A stretch of DNA of 64,000 nt from an uncultured virus (IMG/VR IMGVR_UViG_3300034102_001074) (taxonomy: Duplodnaviria; Heunggongvirae; Uroviricota; Caudoviricetes). The notes under the pieces were generated by a model. It was not told where the DNA came from. It did not search any database and was given only the letters and a program-made list of their open reading frames with translations. A program made the position numbers and the translations under genes. This document shows positions 48,542 to 58,099 of this stretch, one piece after another (the first letter of the stretch is position 1; each line of letters begins with the position of its first letter). Location of the stretch: IMG/VR virus record IMGVR_UViG_3300034102_001074; one strand, written 5' to 3'.

Positions 48542-50308
48542 TTAGTTAATATATTCTGCGGAACCGAGGAAACGCCCGCCCCACATTGATTTCTTCAATG
48601 TGGAATTATTCTCTGGAGCATTTTCTAATTCTCCAGACTTCTTTACTGCTGTGTCTGACTCAACTGCGTCCACACGATTAATAATCTGTGAAATGGTTTC
48701 TTGAACCTCAGCTAGAGTCTTTGACAGCTCTTCTTGCTTTGTTGCAAAAGAACTTGTTACGTCTGCAACACTCTTTGCAACAGCATTTACAGATTCTGCA
48801 CTTTTAGCTGTACCTTCCGATACAGTCGCAGAAATAAAATCTTTGATTTCGTCCAATGCTTTTACCAAGTCAACCACTTCACCGTTATTTTCGGTGGAAG
48901 CGTCAGAGGCAACCTCATCTGACTTTTCTACAGATTCTTCTGCAGGAGCTTCTTCAACAGGAGCTTCTTCAGTTACTGTTTCTTCAATTGCAGGAGCTTC
49001 TTCAGTTTCTACAACATCTTCTGCACCTTCAACTACTTCGTCTACTTCAACAACTTCTTCAGTTGTTACTTCTTCATTTTCAGCCACGATAACACCTCCT
49101 TCATTATTTTTGGTGGCAACTGACTCAATTTGGCTATCTGTTCCAATTGCCTTATCTACTGTCTCTTCAGACAGCAATTCTTTTGTAGGAATTCCAAAGA
49201 ATTTTTTTACCTTTGCATTCCAAGCTCTTAAAGTTTTCATTTTATGTCCAACCTTTGTTTCCGTTGGTTTCCACGAATTTCCTTCTTTTCTATAAACAGT
49301 AATAACAACTGCAGGATCTTCTGGAGTTCCAGTTACCGTTACAGACGAGTTAGGTACATTAATTTTACCATTAGTTACTACTCTTGTTACCTTACCACGA
49401 GCAGTTCCGCCAGATGATCCCCACTGAACAAAATCTCCAGTTGAAAATGAAGCCTTAGACATTTCTTTTTTCTTCTTATCCTTGTAGCTTTTTTCATCTT
49501 CATCGTCTTCTAAGTCTGACTTAAATTTTCTATTTTGATTTGGGTACTTATTTGCAGTTTCTTCATTAGTAATTACATTTCCCTTACTAAGGTGTAAATC
49601 TAATGCTTTTGAAATTGCAACAGATAGTTCTTCTCCATCTACTGTTTCTACCCATCCAATTGATTCTAATGTCTTGTTGCACAAAGCACAATCCTTAGAT
49701 TCTGCTTCTCCTGTAAAGGCAACTCCATCATTTTCACACCAAAATACGTTATCAATTTGTGATTTGGAAAACATTCCCTCTGCAACACTATTGTTTTTTT
49801 GAATCGAAAAAATATTTGCTAATTGATTTGCTGGAGAATCTACAAGTGATAGTTCTACTAAATCATAGTCTTTAATTACTCTAACGGTTCCTTCCATTTC
49901 TGGATCATATACACTATCGGAATCATTAACTGCTCCGCCAATAGAAAATCCAGTAAGAGTTCCGTCTAATACCATTTCCCAAATATCTGATGCACCTTTT
50001 GAAATATAAGTGTCTACAAATACTCCGCTATATTGCTTATTTGTTAATTGATCAAAAAATGTTTCTGTTCTAAAGTTTACAACTTTTCCAGCAGGAATTG
50101 GCTGGTGCATAAGGCGAACATTACCTCTAAAATTTTCAAATGCTTTTTGGGATGCCTCAGCAGAGACACGATCACCCTGTCTGTCAATATTATCAAGCGT
50201 TGCAAAGCCAGAGACTATTCTCTTCTCAACATCAACTTTTGAAATAGGCATTGTCAGCGTTATCTGCTGACCATTAGTAGATAATGAAGCCTTTTGTAAA
50301 TCTACCAT
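48542..50308 (-). CDS. Prohead protease fused to a Tudor-like domain and acidic scaffold
   Basis: RIVSGFA...DRQGD, MHQ, GFSIGG and ELSLVDSPAN (HK97-type protease); E-rich C-terminal half. Confidence 0.9.
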   Translation of the reverse strand: MVDLQKASLSTNGQQITLTMPISKVDVEKRIVSGFATLDNIDRQGDRVSAEASQKAFENFRGNVRLMHQPIPAGKVVNFRTETFFDQLTNKQYSGVFVDTYISKGASDIWEMVLDGTLTGFSIGGAVNDSDSVYDPEMEGTVRVIKDYDLVELSLVDSPANQLANIFSIQKNNSVAEGMFSKSQIDNVFWCENDGVAFTGEAESKDCALCNKTLESIGWVETVDGEELSVAISKALDLHLSKGNVITNEETANKYPNQNRKFKSDLEDDEDEKSYKDKKKKEMSKASFSTGDFVQWGSSGGTARGKVTRVVTNGKINVPNSSVTVTGTPEDPAVVITVYRKEGNSWKPTETKVGHKMKTLRAWNAKVKKFFGIPTKELLSEETVDKAIGTDSQIESVATKNNEGGVIVAENEEVTTEEVVEVDEVVEGAEDVVETEEAPAIEETVTEEAPVEEAPAEESVEKSDEVASDASTENNGEVVDLVKALDEIKDFISATVSEGTAKSAESVNAVAKSVADVTSSFATKQEELSKTLAEVQETISQIINRVDAVESDTAVKKSGELENAPENNSTLKKSMWGGRFLGSAEYIN

Positions 50309-50349
50309 AGCATTTTAATTATATAACACTTTTGTTATTATAGTGTTAT

Positions 50350-51912
50350 TTATTGTTGCTGTCTTCCTTCACCTTGAGTAGCTCTTGCACCAGTTCCAGA
50401 ATCTGCAGCATTATTTTGTCTTTCCTGATCTCTTCTTCTGTTTCCAGTTGCTCTTGCTGTTTGATCTGCTGCTTGTTGTGGCTTTAAGTCTACTGGCTCA
50501 TCTCCACCAGTAATTGGAGGAAGTCCAAGTCTTGGTCTAACTTCATTTGGCATTACAACCTGCATTCTAAGGTATCTTTCGTCAATCTTTGATTGTGTAT
50601 CTTCGTCAGTAAGGGTTAGTTCCTTAAAATGAAGCTTAAACATGTCAGTTTTTTCAGCAATAATTCTATTAATTTTCTTTTCTAGAATGTCCTGCTGTGG
50701 TCTACACACCTGTTCTTTAAATGTTCTATCTGATTCACGGGCATTTGCAAGAGAAATGTTTTCTGCTGATCCAATTTTAGAAATTGGAGTTCTGTGAGCC
50801 ATAAGAATTTCTTCACGATTTGCTCTTCTGTAGTTGTTAAATGAAGAATCTTGGATGCCATTTTCAATTGCTTCCATTTTCATTTCTACTTTATTTACAC
50901 CATCGTCAGCAGGTAGCGGTACGACCACTGTTCTGTGGTTTTGACCACGCATGTTATTTTGCATAAATTCAAATAGTTTTTGCTCTGCTTCTGGGGTAAA
51001 CTTTGCACCCTTTAGCCAGAAAATATATCTAGGAACTGCTTTGTTTTCAAAGTATTCTAAATTATACTTTGATGCAAATTCGTTTCCAGCCATTGCATTT
51101 TTAGCAGTTACAATTGGTGGAATTCCGTAATAAGTATTAGTTGGAGTGTATTCCTTTAGGTGAATAATTTCGTTTGGACGAGGATCTGCACCAACTGGAT
51201 TTGGCTGACTTACATCCTGAAAGTTTCTAAAGAATACTGCTTTACCATTTACGATCTGAACAAATCCATCACGAAGTCTTCTAATACGCATTGTTGCTGC
51301 TGGAATGTGACCAATGTATCCAATTTCTCCAGCAGAAGTTCTACCAATTTCTAGGTATCCATTTCCAGTAGCTTCTTTGTCAATGTATGCTTTCATCAAA
51401 GTAGCAGTAAATGTATCATCATCATTGCGAGACTCAATCCATTCTGTTACCTCTAACTTGACTCTTTCCATTTTTCTTCTTGCACGAGCAAGTTGATCCA
51501 TATCTGTCATTTCTTCAAATCTTTGTTGAACCTGCAAGGTTTCTTGAAGTTCGTATCCAAGACCAACAATGTTAGAAACTTTTGCCTGAATAGCAGCATA
51601 GTTTGCAGAAGATACTTCAAAAATCTTTGCTAACGAAGACAAATTGTATGGAGGTTCAATTACATCAAATAGACCATATCCATACTTGTCTGGAATCATT
51701 TGCTTAGATGATGCACCTTGACCACTTAACTCATTGTTGTCTGCTTTTTCTAATCTACGCTTTGCGGATCTGCGAAAATTGTGACTAAGACCAGAAAGAG
51801 AAAGAATTTCATCCCCAGACTTTTTAAATTCATCTGATCCAGTCCAAGGGGAATCTGCCTTAGGTGTTGAAAAAAGCTTTACTCCACTTACTTCTCTATT
51901 ATTTTCTTCCAT
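50350..51912 (-). CDS. Portal protein
   Basis: TGNGYLEI.R, EIIHLK, YYGIP, YFENKAVP and NEVR..LGLPP motifs; start reassigned to MEENN. Confidence 0.92.
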   Translation of the reverse strand: MEENNREVSGVKLFSTPKADSPWTGSDEFKKSGDEILSLSGLSHNFRRSAKRRLEKADNNELSGQGASSKQMIPDKYGYGLFDVIEPPYNLSSLAKIFEVSSANYAAIQAKVSNIVGLGYELQETLQVQQRFEEMTDMDQLARARRKMERVKLEVTEWIESRNDDDTFTATLMKAYIDKEATGNGYLEIGRTSAGEIGYIGHIPAATMRIRRLRDGFVQIVNGKAVFFRNFQDVSQPNPVGADPRPNEIIHLKEYTPTNTYYGIPPIVTAKNAMAGNEFASKYNLEYFENKAVPRYIFWLKGAKFTPEAEQKLFEFMQNNMRGQNHRTVVVPLPADDGVNKVEMKMEAIENGIQDSSFNNYRRANREEILMAHRTPISKIGSAENISLANARESDRTFKEQVCRPQQDILEKKINRIIAEKTDMFKLHFKELTLTDEDTQSKIDERYLRMQVVMPNEVRPRLGLPPITGGDEPVDLKPQQAADQTARATGNRRRDQERQNNAADSGTGARATQGEGRQQQ

Positions 51913-52231
51913 TGCTAAACAACTCTCTCCAGTTTTCTGTATCGCCATAAGGTGTCAATCCTTCAGCCATTCTTTCAATATCTTCTCTAGCCTGTGTATC
52001 TGTTGCTCTGCCAACTCCAGGCATAAATTTTGCAGTTCCTTCTGGCTTACCCCAATATGCTGCAGCATCTGCAAGTGCTTTCATTTTTGAAATATCATAC
52101 TGGATGGATGGGACATTTAGAGTATTGCCATCATTGTCCATAAATGGTTCTCCATTTGGCAGGACCCATACATAAATTCCAAGAGATGACTTGCTTTCTA
52201 CAACACTTAGCTTGTTATTTGATTTTGACAT
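51899..52231 (-). CDS. Hypothetical protein upstream of portal
   Basis: 110 aa with a leaderless promoter. Confidence 0.7.
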   Translation of the reverse strand: MSKSNNKLSVVESKSSLGIYVWVLPNGEPFMDNDGNTLNVPSIQYDISKMKALADAAAYWGKPEGTAKFMPGVGRATDTQAREDIERMAEGLTPYGDTENWRELFSNGRK

Positions 52232-52255
52232 ACCACAATGATACCATAATCAAAG

Positions 52256-55200
52256 CTAGAATGGAGGCATTCTTGTAGATGCAAATGGTACAGCGGAAGA
52301 TTTATAATGAATTACCTTTTTTTGAGCAATAGTTGTTGTGTAATTATTTAAACTATCTCTCATAAAATAATAACCCCTATTGTCCGATCCTCCAGACACA
52401 TATACCACCTGGTTATTTGAAGGATTTGTTGATTTAGTAACATATATATAATCATCTGTGATGGACGTTACTGTATATATTCCATTATCTGCACTATTTG
52501 TTCCTTGATTTTTAAGCAAAATTACAGTTCCTACTATTAATTGAAATCCGTCCATTCTTTTTAAATCTCCAATTCCATTAATAGATATTCTATAAGCTGA
52601 TCCAGAAACTGGAACAACTGAATATATCATAGTCGAAGCAACATTTATTAATAAATTAGAAAATGAAGACTGTGATCCTATGGGCTGAAAAGTTCCTAGT
52701 GTAGATTTATAGTCTGAATCATTAATATACATAGCAACCTGAGATGCAGATCCATACCCTCTTCTTTCTGTAAAAACACTAAATGCATTGCTATAAATTC
52801 TTTTTACACTATTTGCATTTGGTCTTCCGCTTGTAATTAAAAGATTATCTAGTTGCCAAGGACTTCCACCAAATCCAAATAACAAAGGGTTAGTGTTTGA
52901 TAAAGATTGACCATCATTAAATACAATTGCATAATGATTCCAAATATTAATATTATATGTTTTTGCAGAGTCGTAAAGATCTCCATTAATATATAATTTT
53001 GCAACTCCTGTTGATGGATCTAGTATGCCACTAGCTCTAGTTGACCATTTAACTTCTGTAGTACCGTATTTTAATAAATTAAAATCAGTTACTTCAGACC
53101 TTGCTCTTCCAGCAAACATAATTGAATAAACTGTGCCAGACTCATTTGTTGGGGTTATGGTTAGTGGTAAACTTATATAGTTTGATCTTTCAAGCACACC
53201 AGTTCCAGTTTTTCCAACCATGACTCCAGTAGTAAATGATCTGTATAAATCTGTTTTTCCTTTAATTTCAGGAATGCTTTTAAATGGCAATTGAGAAGAT
53301 GATATTTCCTGAGAATACAGTCTTGGATTTGCACCTCTACTATCAGTATTGATCTCTAAATATTTCAAAGAACCGTCTGTTTTTGTTTCGTAAGAATATA
53401 TTCTTAAATAATTTAAAACTCCAGGATATCTTTCATTATCAAAAGATCTTAGAGTTCCTTTAACATTAAAATATAATTCGCTAACTTTTGGTGGACTGGA
53501 AGAAAATACTGGAACATGCAAATATCTAATATCTATTGCATTTGCTTCTGTAATAACATCTGTTGTTACACCGTTTACTGTTTTTTCAACAGAGTATTTA
53601 ACTTCTGCAACATTAGATCCAACCTCTGCTGCAATTGGAAATCTTAAATCGTTTACTGAAGAGTTTAAAAATTCTGTAGGAACTAAATCTGCAAGAGAAA
53701 ATCCAAATTCAAAAGTTCCATTTACTGCAACACCAAATCTTTCTTCTGATTTAATTGGATATGCTTGATAAAGCAAAGACTTATATCTATCTGGATAGTC
53801 AGCAATGTCCGTTATTCCAGTTAAGTCTTCTTCATGAATATCTATTTGCCAAAGCTTTCCGTCAAATCTTTTTGTTTGAGACAAAGAAATTCCTGGAGGA
53901 ACTGTTTCATTGAAAAATACTGGTGCTGTTCCAATTCTAATATATCCATCTTGAAGTGGAAATATGCTTATAGAAGAAGACGTAGTTGTATTAATTCCAG
54001 TAGAAGAATCTTTTATTCCAATCTTAATTTTTCCATCGGAAATAACATACAGGGAAATAGTAAAAGTGTTTCCTTGTAAAATAAAGTTACCACCAGAAAC
54101 TCCTCCTATCATTTGTGTCTCTGCTGCTCCATTTATAGACTGCTTTAGATTAATAACGCTTCCAGTTATTGTTGCAGATATTGAGCTATTTGAAGATTTT
54201 GACCCAATATAAAATAGTTGCTGCTGATTGCTTCCATGTCCAGTAGAAGGTATAGAAAATTTAAAAGATATTCCAGAAGTTTTACTGTTTGTTATTTTTT
54301 CATAGTTTGGTATTTCTACATAAGAATAGGCATTGTTTGGAAACTGTATAAAATCAATAGAGGATTCTGTTCCAAACATATCTGACTTTGTTACATTTTG
54401 TGTAGATGATAAATATATATCTACTTTTGGTTGAGGCTTTGTAACTAGATTGTTATTTGAAAACTCTAGTCTTTCGTAAACTGTTGATGGGTTCCATGTT
54501 GTAGAAGAAAAATAGTCTAATTTTTTTGATGGAATAGTAGATTGCATAACTAAGTCGTAAGCGGTTCCACCAAAATTTGAAGCAAGAGTTTTATTTATTG
54601 TATGACCAAGACCATAAACATAATGTCTTTTACATGCATCAAGGGATAATTGATAGTCATAAAGTGCTACTGTGTCATAAGATACAGATAGAAATGCTGG
54701 TGCTGTTGAAGTTAGTGGGGCTGGAAATTTAAATTCAAATTTTTTATCTGACTCTCCAGATGGTTTTGACAAAAACAAGTCTTTTTCAATTACAACTTTT
54801 CTTCCAGGTTTTCCATTTACAACAATCTGAATTGATGTTGGGCTGTACAAACATACAACATGAAGAGGAGTATTAAAGTTTTCAATATGTATTTCTGAAT
54901 CATAATAAGGCTTTCCATAGTCTCCAACTCTAAAAACTAAATATTCAAAGTTTTTAACATATACCCCAGTTGAAGAATTTCCAAAATTTGTATTTTCTCC
55001 TTTAAGTCTTACTACTGTAGATTCTCCAAATAATATAGATTCATCTGATCTATCAAAATCTTTTGGCAACTCTAAATTCATCCAAAACTCCAATGAACAT
55101 GATTTTGATTGTGAGGATGGTGAAAAAAACTCTAAAGATGGAACGTCAAATAACGTGTTGCTTGTAGCATAATCAGAGCTCCAAGGACCATTATTTGTAA

Positions 55201-55381
55201 TGCTTGTTACACCAGAATAAGTAATTGGTATTTTGCCTTTAAAAAACTTTCCAGTTTTATATGACCCATTATTGGCTGATCCAGAAAAAGAATCTGCAAG
55301 AACAGAATTTGTTGAATCTGGCTCATCTAAAGCCCAAACAACTTTTGGATTATCTACTAAAATAAGACTGGAATAAGACAT
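52256..55381 (-). CDS. Large virion protein with ConA/LamG-like domains (1041 aa)
   Basis: ILVDNP..VWALDE, SLEFW, HVVCLY...IVVNG and WNHYAIVF; C-terminal ILLKNQ...DNGIY tail-fibre motif. Confidence 0.7.
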   Translation of the reverse strand: MSYSSLILVDNPKVVWALDEPDSTNSVLADSFSGSANNGSYKTGKFFKGKIPITYSGVTSITNNGPWSSDYATSNTLFDVPSLEFFSPSSQSKSCSLEFWMNLELPKDFDRSDESILFGESTVVRLKGENTNFGNSSTGVYVKNFEYLVFRVGDYGKPYYDSEIHIENFNTPLHVVCLYSPTSIQIVVNGKPGRKVVIEKDLFLSKPSGESDKKFEFKFPAPLTSTAPAFLSVSYDTVALYDYQLSLDACKRHYVYGLGHTINKTLASNFGGTAYDLVMQSTIPSKKLDYFSSTTWNPSTVYERLEFSNNNLVTKPQPKVDIYLSSTQNVTKSDMFGTESSIDFIQFPNNAYSYVEIPNYEKITNSKTSGISFKFSIPSTGHGSNQQQLFYIGSKSSNSSISATITGSVINLKQSINGAAETQMIGGVSGGNFILQGNTFTISLYVISDGKIKIGIKDSSTGINTTTSSSISIFPLQDGYIRIGTAPVFFNETVPPGISLSQTKRFDGKLWQIDIHEEDLTGITDIADYPDRYKSLLYQAYPIKSEERFGVAVNGTFEFGFSLADLVPTEFLNSSVNDLRFPIAAEVGSNVAEVKYSVEKTVNGVTTDVITEANAIDIRYLHVPVFSSSPPKVSELYFNVKGTLRSFDNERYPGVLNYLRIYSYETKTDGSLKYLEINTDSRGANPRLYSQEISSSQLPFKSIPEIKGKTDLYRSFTTGVMVGKTGTGVLERSNYISLPLTITPTNESGTVYSIMFAGRARSEVTDFNLLKYGTTEVKWSTRASGILDPSTGVAKLYINGDLYDSAKTYNINIWNHYAIVFNDGQSLSNTNPLLFGFGGSPWQLDNLLITSGRPNANSVKRIYSNAFSVFTERRGYGSASQVAMYINDSDYKSTLGTFQPIGSQSSFSNLLINVASTMIYSVVPVSGSAYRISINGIGDLKRMDGFQLIVGTVILLKNQGTNSADNGIYTVTSITDDYIYVTKSTNPSNNQVVYVSGGSDNRGYYFMRDSLNNYTTTIAQKKVIHYKSSAVPFASTRMPPF

Positions 55382-55397
55382 GGGTACCTCTTATACA

Positions 55398-57341
55398 TTA
55401 TACAGTTTTAGCGGTACCAAAATCACTTATATCACAAGCACCTGCAACACATGCAAGATCCTGAACACTAGTAGTTCCGTCAAATGTTTCATAGATTTCA
55501 AGCCACTTCCAATCAAGGTCTGCAGGAGTTTCAGAAACTAGTGCTTCATATTCTTCCTTTGTGCATTCTTGATATGGTGCTTGCTGATAAGTATGCTCTG
55601 AATAAGGTAAGAAAGATACGCCAGACATTTCATCAATATGGTCATATACCCAAGCACCTACTGCCATCCATTCACTTTCTTTAACAGAAACAGTAATAGA
55701 AGGCTTATGCTCTGCCCAATGTCTTTGGTAGGTAAGCCAGATATCTAAATGCTGTACGGCAGTTAAATCTTGACGAAGTGTTGCACCTTCTGGTGCAGCA
55801 ATAGGAAATGAAAATACCATAGTGTCGTTTGGCTTCATTACATCTGGCTCATGCTTAATTCCCATATCTACTAAAAATGATGTAATTGGGTCTTTCATAT
55901 CTCCACGAATTGTTCGTGTGTAATATTGAGAGTGCCATGGATGCATACCTGAAGATGCATTTACTAATTGAGAAACTGTGCCAGATGGCTTAACGCATGT
56001 AATTGCTGCTGCCTGGTTTACTCCAATTTCTTTAGCCCACTTTGCATTAACTTTAACTGCATGTTCACGCATTTCATCAAGCCACTTAGAAAGCTCTTCT
56101 ACGCCTCTAGAACCATTCAGGACAGGATGAGATAGCTGACCTGTTAGTGAGACACCAAGTAAACTTTCTTCTTCTGAGTTCTTCTGCCAGATTTTTCTTA
56201 GGTACTTAAATCTAGTAAATGAGGATTGAACGGTTCCAAGAATAGTTGCCAATTCAACCTTGTCTTTTAGTTCCTCAAGAGTGTCTGTATCACGAACAAT
56301 AACTTCTGTAAGGTTACAGAACTGGTAAGGGCGTAGAATAATCTCAGAACATGGGTTTGTTCCAAAGTCTACAGTATGATCTCTACGACCATTCTTTTCT
56401 GCAACATTTTGTGCTGCTGCACGACTAAAGATTCCACGCTCTCCTGACTTTGAGTCATATAATGCTTTCCACTCATCCATAAATACTTCCATGGTTGGAC
56501 GAGTTCCATAAACTGCAGAATTATTTGCAAGAGCTCTTTGACCTGAATATTCCCACCATGAACCAGACTTTGCTGCTGCCATATTTCTATCTTCTAGGTC
56601 TGAAAGTGAAATCATTGCTGACCTACGAACTCCACCAACAACTACGACTTCTGCAATCTTACACATTAAGTCATGTGCCTCTAGTGGTGTAAGCTTTCTA
56701 CCTGCTGCACCCTTAACAATTGCAATGGAAAACTTAAACAAACGATCTAATGGATCTGGACCAGATGCACGACCACCAAAAGTCTTAAGACGAGCACCTG
56801 CAGGACGAACCTGAGACATGTCCCAAGATGGAATTTGACCCTGCCATAAAAGTGCAAGAAGTTCTTTTAATGATCTAGCCCATCCTGCTTTGGAATCTTC
56901 TACAACAATAGTGGTATCTGTTTTTTCAAAATGTTCGGAAATTTCTGGCAACTGATTTACATAACGTGACTCTACTGAGTATCCAACACCAGTTCCACAC
57001 ATAAGAATATACATAGCTTCATCAAAAGATCGGAGAGAATCTACTGGAAGATAAGAGCAGTTGTAGAGGCATGTGCTATCACGATCTAAGGCAGGTCCTG
57101 CAGTCATTAAGCCTCTCATGGATGGCATTACCCTAGTTGTTAAAATAGCCTCTGAAATTTGTTTCTTAATCTTGTCAGACATAGAATATCCATTGTGCTT
57201 TTCCAATGCCTCGAACATGTATGTGGTATAACGACTTACTGTTTCGTCCCAGTTCTCTCTACGATTCTCTGCTTCCATCCATCGTGCATATCGTGTTTTG
57301 TGAATTACCTGCTGATAAGCGGTGGGTAAAACATAAGTCAT
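55398..57341 (-). CDS. nrdJ: Class II (adenosylcobalamin-dependent) ribonucleotide reductase
   Basis: PSMR, YNCS, GTGVG, VVGGVRRSA, TNPCSEI, FCNLTE, CVKPSGT and a C-terminal CVAGAC; no small subunit gene nearby. Confidence 0.93.
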   Translation of the reverse strand: MTYVLPTAYQQVIHKTRYARWMEAENRRENWDETVSRYTTYMFEALEKHNGYSMSDKIKKQISEAILTTRVMPSMRGLMTAGPALDRDSTCLYNCSYLPVDSLRSFDEAMYILMCGTGVGYSVESRYVNQLPEISEHFEKTDTTIVVEDSKAGWARSLKELLALLWQGQIPSWDMSQVRPAGARLKTFGGRASGPDPLDRLFKFSIAIVKGAAGRKLTPLEAHDLMCKIAEVVVVGGVRRSAMISLSDLEDRNMAAAKSGSWWEYSGQRALANNSAVYGTRPTMEVFMDEWKALYDSKSGERGIFSRAAAQNVAEKNGRRDHTVDFGTNPCSEIILRPYQFCNLTEVIVRDTDTLEELKDKVELATILGTVQSSFTRFKYLRKIWQKNSEEESLLGVSLTGQLSHPVLNGSRGVEELSKWLDEMREHAVKVNAKWAKEIGVNQAAAITCVKPSGTVSQLVNASSGMHPWHSQYYTRTIRGDMKDPITSFLVDMGIKHEPDVMKPNDTMVFSFPIAAPEGATLRQDLTAVQHLDIWLTYQRHWAEHKPSITVSVKESEWMAVGAWVYDHIDEMSGVSFLPYSEHTYQQAPYQECTKEEYEALVSETPADLDWKWLEIYETFDGTTSVQDLACVAGACDISDFGTAKTV

Positions 57342-57450
57342 TAAAATCATCTCCGTTTAAAAAATATTTGATTCGCTGAATAGCGAGTACCTCTATTCTA
57401 CACCATATTGGTCACAGTTCCAAAATCGGGGTGTGTGATAAGATTAAGTC

Positions 57451-57678
57451 ATGATAACAATACAAGAATTACATATTTACAATAAATTACAATCAGCTGG
57501 TGTAGTTGCAAAAATTAAATGTCCAGGAAATCCAGATCATATGTATATGCTTCCTTGGTTTACAGAATCAGAAGAACCAGTATTTAAGTGCATAGCTTGT
57601 AATACAATATTACATTTAGGTAACGATTTAATAAAAAAGATTAAATTCCTAGTCAGTGAACTAGGAAGTAGTGTATAA
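57451..57678 (+). CDS. Small zinc-binding protein
   Basis: CP...H...CIAC; leaderless TGATAAGAT-N6-ATG promoter; divergent from nrdJ. Confidence 0.75.
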   Translation: MITIQELHIYNKLQSAGVVAKIKCPGNPDHMYMLPWFTESEEPVFKCIACNTILHLGNDLIKKIKFLVSELGSSV

Positions 57679-57757
57679 TTGTTATTTATATAATATAGAT
57701 AGTTTTAAAGTATTATTATATTAATAATATAATTTATATTAATTATATAATTATATA

Positions 57758-58099
57758 TTAGGAAGCAGACGAAACATCTGCAGTAACTAAAATTGGACCA
57801 GTTAAAATTGTAGTCTTATTAGTTCCATTTGTCATTTCAACATCATAGACATAACTTTTATTTGGAACTAGATTTGCAGATTCAGTTGAAGGCAAAGTAA
57901 CTTTGATAACTCCACCAAGCAAACTTTCTTTTGTAACTGTAAGTGTTGCAGCTACTGTAGTCTTACCTTTTTCTTTTATCTGAGCAATAAAAGTTGAACT
58001 AGTAATATTTAAGAAAGTTGTCGATCCAGTTTTCAGTGTCATTTGAAAAGCAAAGGTATCTCCACGGTAAATCTTAAATGATTTAAAGCCTGGAAGCAT
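57758..58099 (-). CDS. BppU-N-like virion protein
   Basis: IYRGDTF...G.I.VTL...YVYDVEM...ILTG.I.V pattern. Confidence 0.7.
   Translation of the reverse strand: MLPGFKSFKIYRGDTFAFQMTLKTGSTTFLNITSSTFIAQIKEKGKTTVAATLTVTKESLLGGVIKVTLPSTESANLVPNKSYVYDVEMTNGTNKTTILTGPILVTADVSSAS

Noticed and set aside
57351..57420. Cobalamin riboswitch or NrdR box upstream of nrdJ
   Set aside because: The leader is too short for a riboswitch (only a small hairpin at about 57371-57388), and ACACCATATTGGTC is a poor NrdR-box match.
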